Shown here piece after piece: positions 1-754 of a DNA stretch of 754 nt (positions are counted from its first letter, which is position 1; each line of letters opens with the position of its first letter). Source of the DNA: Candidatus Hydrogenedens sp. GTDB taxonomy: Bacteria; Hydrogenedentota; Hydrogenedentia; Hydrogenedentales; Hydrogenedentaceae. The stretch covers positions 1-754 of the forward strand of contig JBMFRC010000049.1 in the NCBI GenBank assembly GCA_049968235.1. The letters are read 5' to 3'. The position numbers were made by a program, and so were the translations under genes. A model generated the notes under the pieces. It was not told the DNA's origin and made no database searches. It saw nothing but the letters and a program-made list of their open reading frames with translations.

Positions 1-339
1 GAGTCAAAAGAATTTAGAAGGAAAGAGTCTCTGGCCTGGAAGGATTGGAAGAAGAGAGAAGGAAAATTTCTATTAGTTGCAGTTTTTGGGCCTGAAAAGT
101 TCGACAGTTGGACTGTATCATTTGACAGTGGAGAAGCATTGATTAAGAAAAGTATTCCAGAGGAGATAGGCAAGGAGATTATCGAGAAATACAAAGGATT
201 TAACGGTAATCTCTATGTGATAGTCTCTAAGGTTGGTGACACATGGGAGTTGTGGCTAGACGAGGGAAAAGAAATTGGATGGTATTACAACCTTGAAGGG
301 AAGAATTTGGTTAGACGTAAAGAAGACATTCCCTTCTAA
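1..339 (+). CDS. 5'-truncated CDS for a hypothetical Trp-rich protein, about 112 aa visible, with stop TAA at 337-339. Frame 1 is open from base 1: ESKEFRRKESLAWKDWKKREGKFLLVAVFGPEKFDSWTVSFDSGEALIKKSIPEEIGKEIIEKYKGFNGNLYVIVSKVGDTWELWLDEGKEIGWYYNLEGKNLVRRKEDIPF*. The alternative is a complete 66-aa ORF from TTG 139.
   Basis: Frame 1 has no stop from position 1 to 337. The 46 codons upstream of the track's TTG start (139) look protein-like: G-enriched first codon positions, a hydrophobic stretch LLVAVFGP, and the same AGA/AGG/AAG/GAA codon preferences as the downstream part. TTG is a weak start. The GGAG at 130-133 could act as an SD for it, but GGAG recurs often in this purine-rich sequence. 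A second in-frame TAA follows at 343-345. I do not recognise the product. Confidence 0.6.
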   Translation, partial: ESKEFRRKESLAWKDWKKREGKFLLVAVFGPEKFDSWTVSFDSGEALIKKSIPEEIGKEIIEKYKGFNGNLYVIVSKVGDTWELWLDEGKEIGWYYNLEGKNLVRRKEDIPF

Positions 340-343
340 CAGT

Positions 344-384
344 AATCCCAAGGGGTTTAATCCCCTTGGGGTTATTCTTTTTGT
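344..384 (+). terminator. Intrinsic, rho-independent-like terminator. Stem CCCAAGGGG (347-355), loop TTTAAT (356-361), stem CCCCTTGGG (362-370), extendable by A344-U373, A345-U372 and U346-G371. Then a T-rich tract GTTATTCTTTTTGT (371-384).
   Basis: Seen directly in the sequence: a perfect 9-bp inverted repeat with 7 G:C pairs and a 6-nt loop, beginning 8 nt after the gene A stop codon and followed immediately by a U-rich run (TTTTT at 378-382). It sits in the only non-coding gap in the window. In archaea the T-tract alone could also terminate transcription. Confidence 0.7.
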
Positions 385-404
385 CTATTCATCAAAACTA
401 AACA

Positions 405-754
405 ATGAGAGAATTAGTAGAAAAAAAGAAAGAAGAAATAATTCAGAAAGAAATAGAAAAGGGAGTCAAGAGGATTTCTTCAGATAATCCCTATGAAATA
501 GTTAAAAAGTTAGTTCATCAATACAAGATGTTTTCAAAGGTCACTTCAAAATACATTTCAGCTAACAGAAAGTTAAAGATAATTGATCAGAGGGTGCAGA
601 GAGAGATTGTAAGTGATGAAGAAGCGCTAAGACATCTCCTAGAAGATGAATTAAGAGAGAAGTTCAAGAGAAAAAAGCTTGTTTTTTATAAAACAGAATT
701 TGTAGAAGCGAATAATTTATATTTTCCCTACCTGGCACGATTGGGAATACATAG
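405..754 (+). CDS. 3'-truncated CDS for a hypothetical protein, at least 116 aa, continuing past the window end: MRELVEKKKEEIIQKEIEKGVKRISSDNPYEIVKKLVHQYKMFSKVTSKYISANRKLKIIDQRVQREIVSDEEALRHLLEDELREKFKRKKLVFYKTEFVEANNLYFPYLARLGIH...
   Basis: Frame 3 has a TAA at 399-401, then ACA, then ATG at 405-407. After that there is no stop for 116 codons through base 754. By rough estimate this is very unlikely to arise by chance in 35% GC DNA. Codon usage matches gene A (AGA/AGG Arg, AAG/AAA Lys, GAA/GAG Glu) and the sense strand is purine-rich. No SD-like GGAGG lies upstream (aaactaaacaATG), so the start may be leaderless or translationally coupled, or the gene may be expressed by read-through. The ORF track omits it only because it has no in-window stop. 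I do not recognise the product. Confidence 0.8.
   Translation, partial: MRELVEKKKEEIIQKEIEKGVKRISSDNPYEIVKKLVHQYKMFSKVTSKYISANRKLKIIDQRVQREIVSDEEALRHLLEDELREKFKRKKLVFYKTEFVEANNLYFPYLARLGIH

Noticed and set aside
1-212. Open reading frame on the minus strand running from about 212 leftward off the window edge (no stops, about 70 codons)
   Set aside because: It is antisense to the purine-rich gene A coding strand. On the + strand T is scarce in the required positions, so minus-strand stops (TTA/CTA/TCA in + coordinates) are depleted. This is an expected artefact. It has no start or stop context and is pyrimidine-rich (F/L/S-rich), unlike the other genes.
381-404. Candidate promoter for gene B (TTGTCT as -35, TATTCA or CTAAAC as -10, or TTATTCTTTTT as archaeal TATA)
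   Set aside because: None matches the consensus at 4-5 of 6 or better with correct spacing to the ATG. The elements overlap the terminator T-tract. I judged them too weak to call a feature, and noted them only as a possibility in a finding.
275-487. Track ORF 275..487 (+ frame 2, 70 aa, TTG start)
   Set aside because: It overlaps the 3' third of gene A out of frame. It runs straight through the terminator hairpin and the intergenic spacer into the 5' end of gene B. It starts at TTG and its product is low-complexity (ISRKKERRNNSERNRKG), which is what you get from frame-shifted reading of the purine-rich K/E-coding DNA. It is almost certainly a non-coding shadow ORF.
428-501. Short repeated words (GAAAGAAG/GAAAGAAATAG, GAAATAG x2, TTCAGA x2) that could look like direct repeats or a CRISPR-like spacing
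   Set aside because: These are 6-8-mers in a low-complexity A/G-rich coding region, at the frequency expected by chance. They lack regular spacing and a conserved repeat unit. This is not a repeat array.
671-687. A6-GCTTG-T6 mini-palindrome (possible hairpin) containing a HindIII site AAGCTT
   Set aside because: The stem would be six A:U pairs only, which is thermodynamically negligible. It lies inside coding sequence (K-R-K-K-L-V-F), where the codons already explain the A and T runs. I regard it as compositional and not a structural element.
738-752. HEPN-like Arg...His at the C-terminal edge of the visible gene B fragment (R-L-G-I-H)
   Set aside because: The spacing is R-x3-H, not the canonical Rx4-6H. 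No surrounding conserved HEPN helix context is visible and the protein is cut off by the window. This is insufficient to call.

Overview
This 754-bp window is AT-rich (about 35% GC by my hand count) and its + strand is strongly purine-loaded. It appears to hold two co-directional + strand protein-coding genes, separated by a 65-nt spacer that contains a strong hairpin followed by a T-tract, which is terminator-like. Gene A, in frame 1, is open from base 1 to a TAA at 337-339, so it is 5'-truncated; the track's start at 139 is an in-frame TTG that is probably internal. Gene B, in frame 3, starts at ATG 405, directly after an in-frame TAA, and stays open through base 754, giving at least 116 codons with the 3' end cut off. 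The supplied ORF track does not list gene B because it has no stop codon inside the window. The track's second ORF (275..487) is very probably spurious. Both predicted proteins are K/E/I-rich and favour AGA/AGG for arginine, which fits a low-GC thermophile or archaeon, or a virus or plasmid of one. I cannot place either protein in a known family from sequence alone. I see no rRNA, tRNA, CRISPR array, IS element or long repeat. Nothing in the window lets me name a system, so the most I can support is two small uncharacterised proteins separated by a terminator-like hairpin, the downstream one lacking a recognisable promoter or SD.
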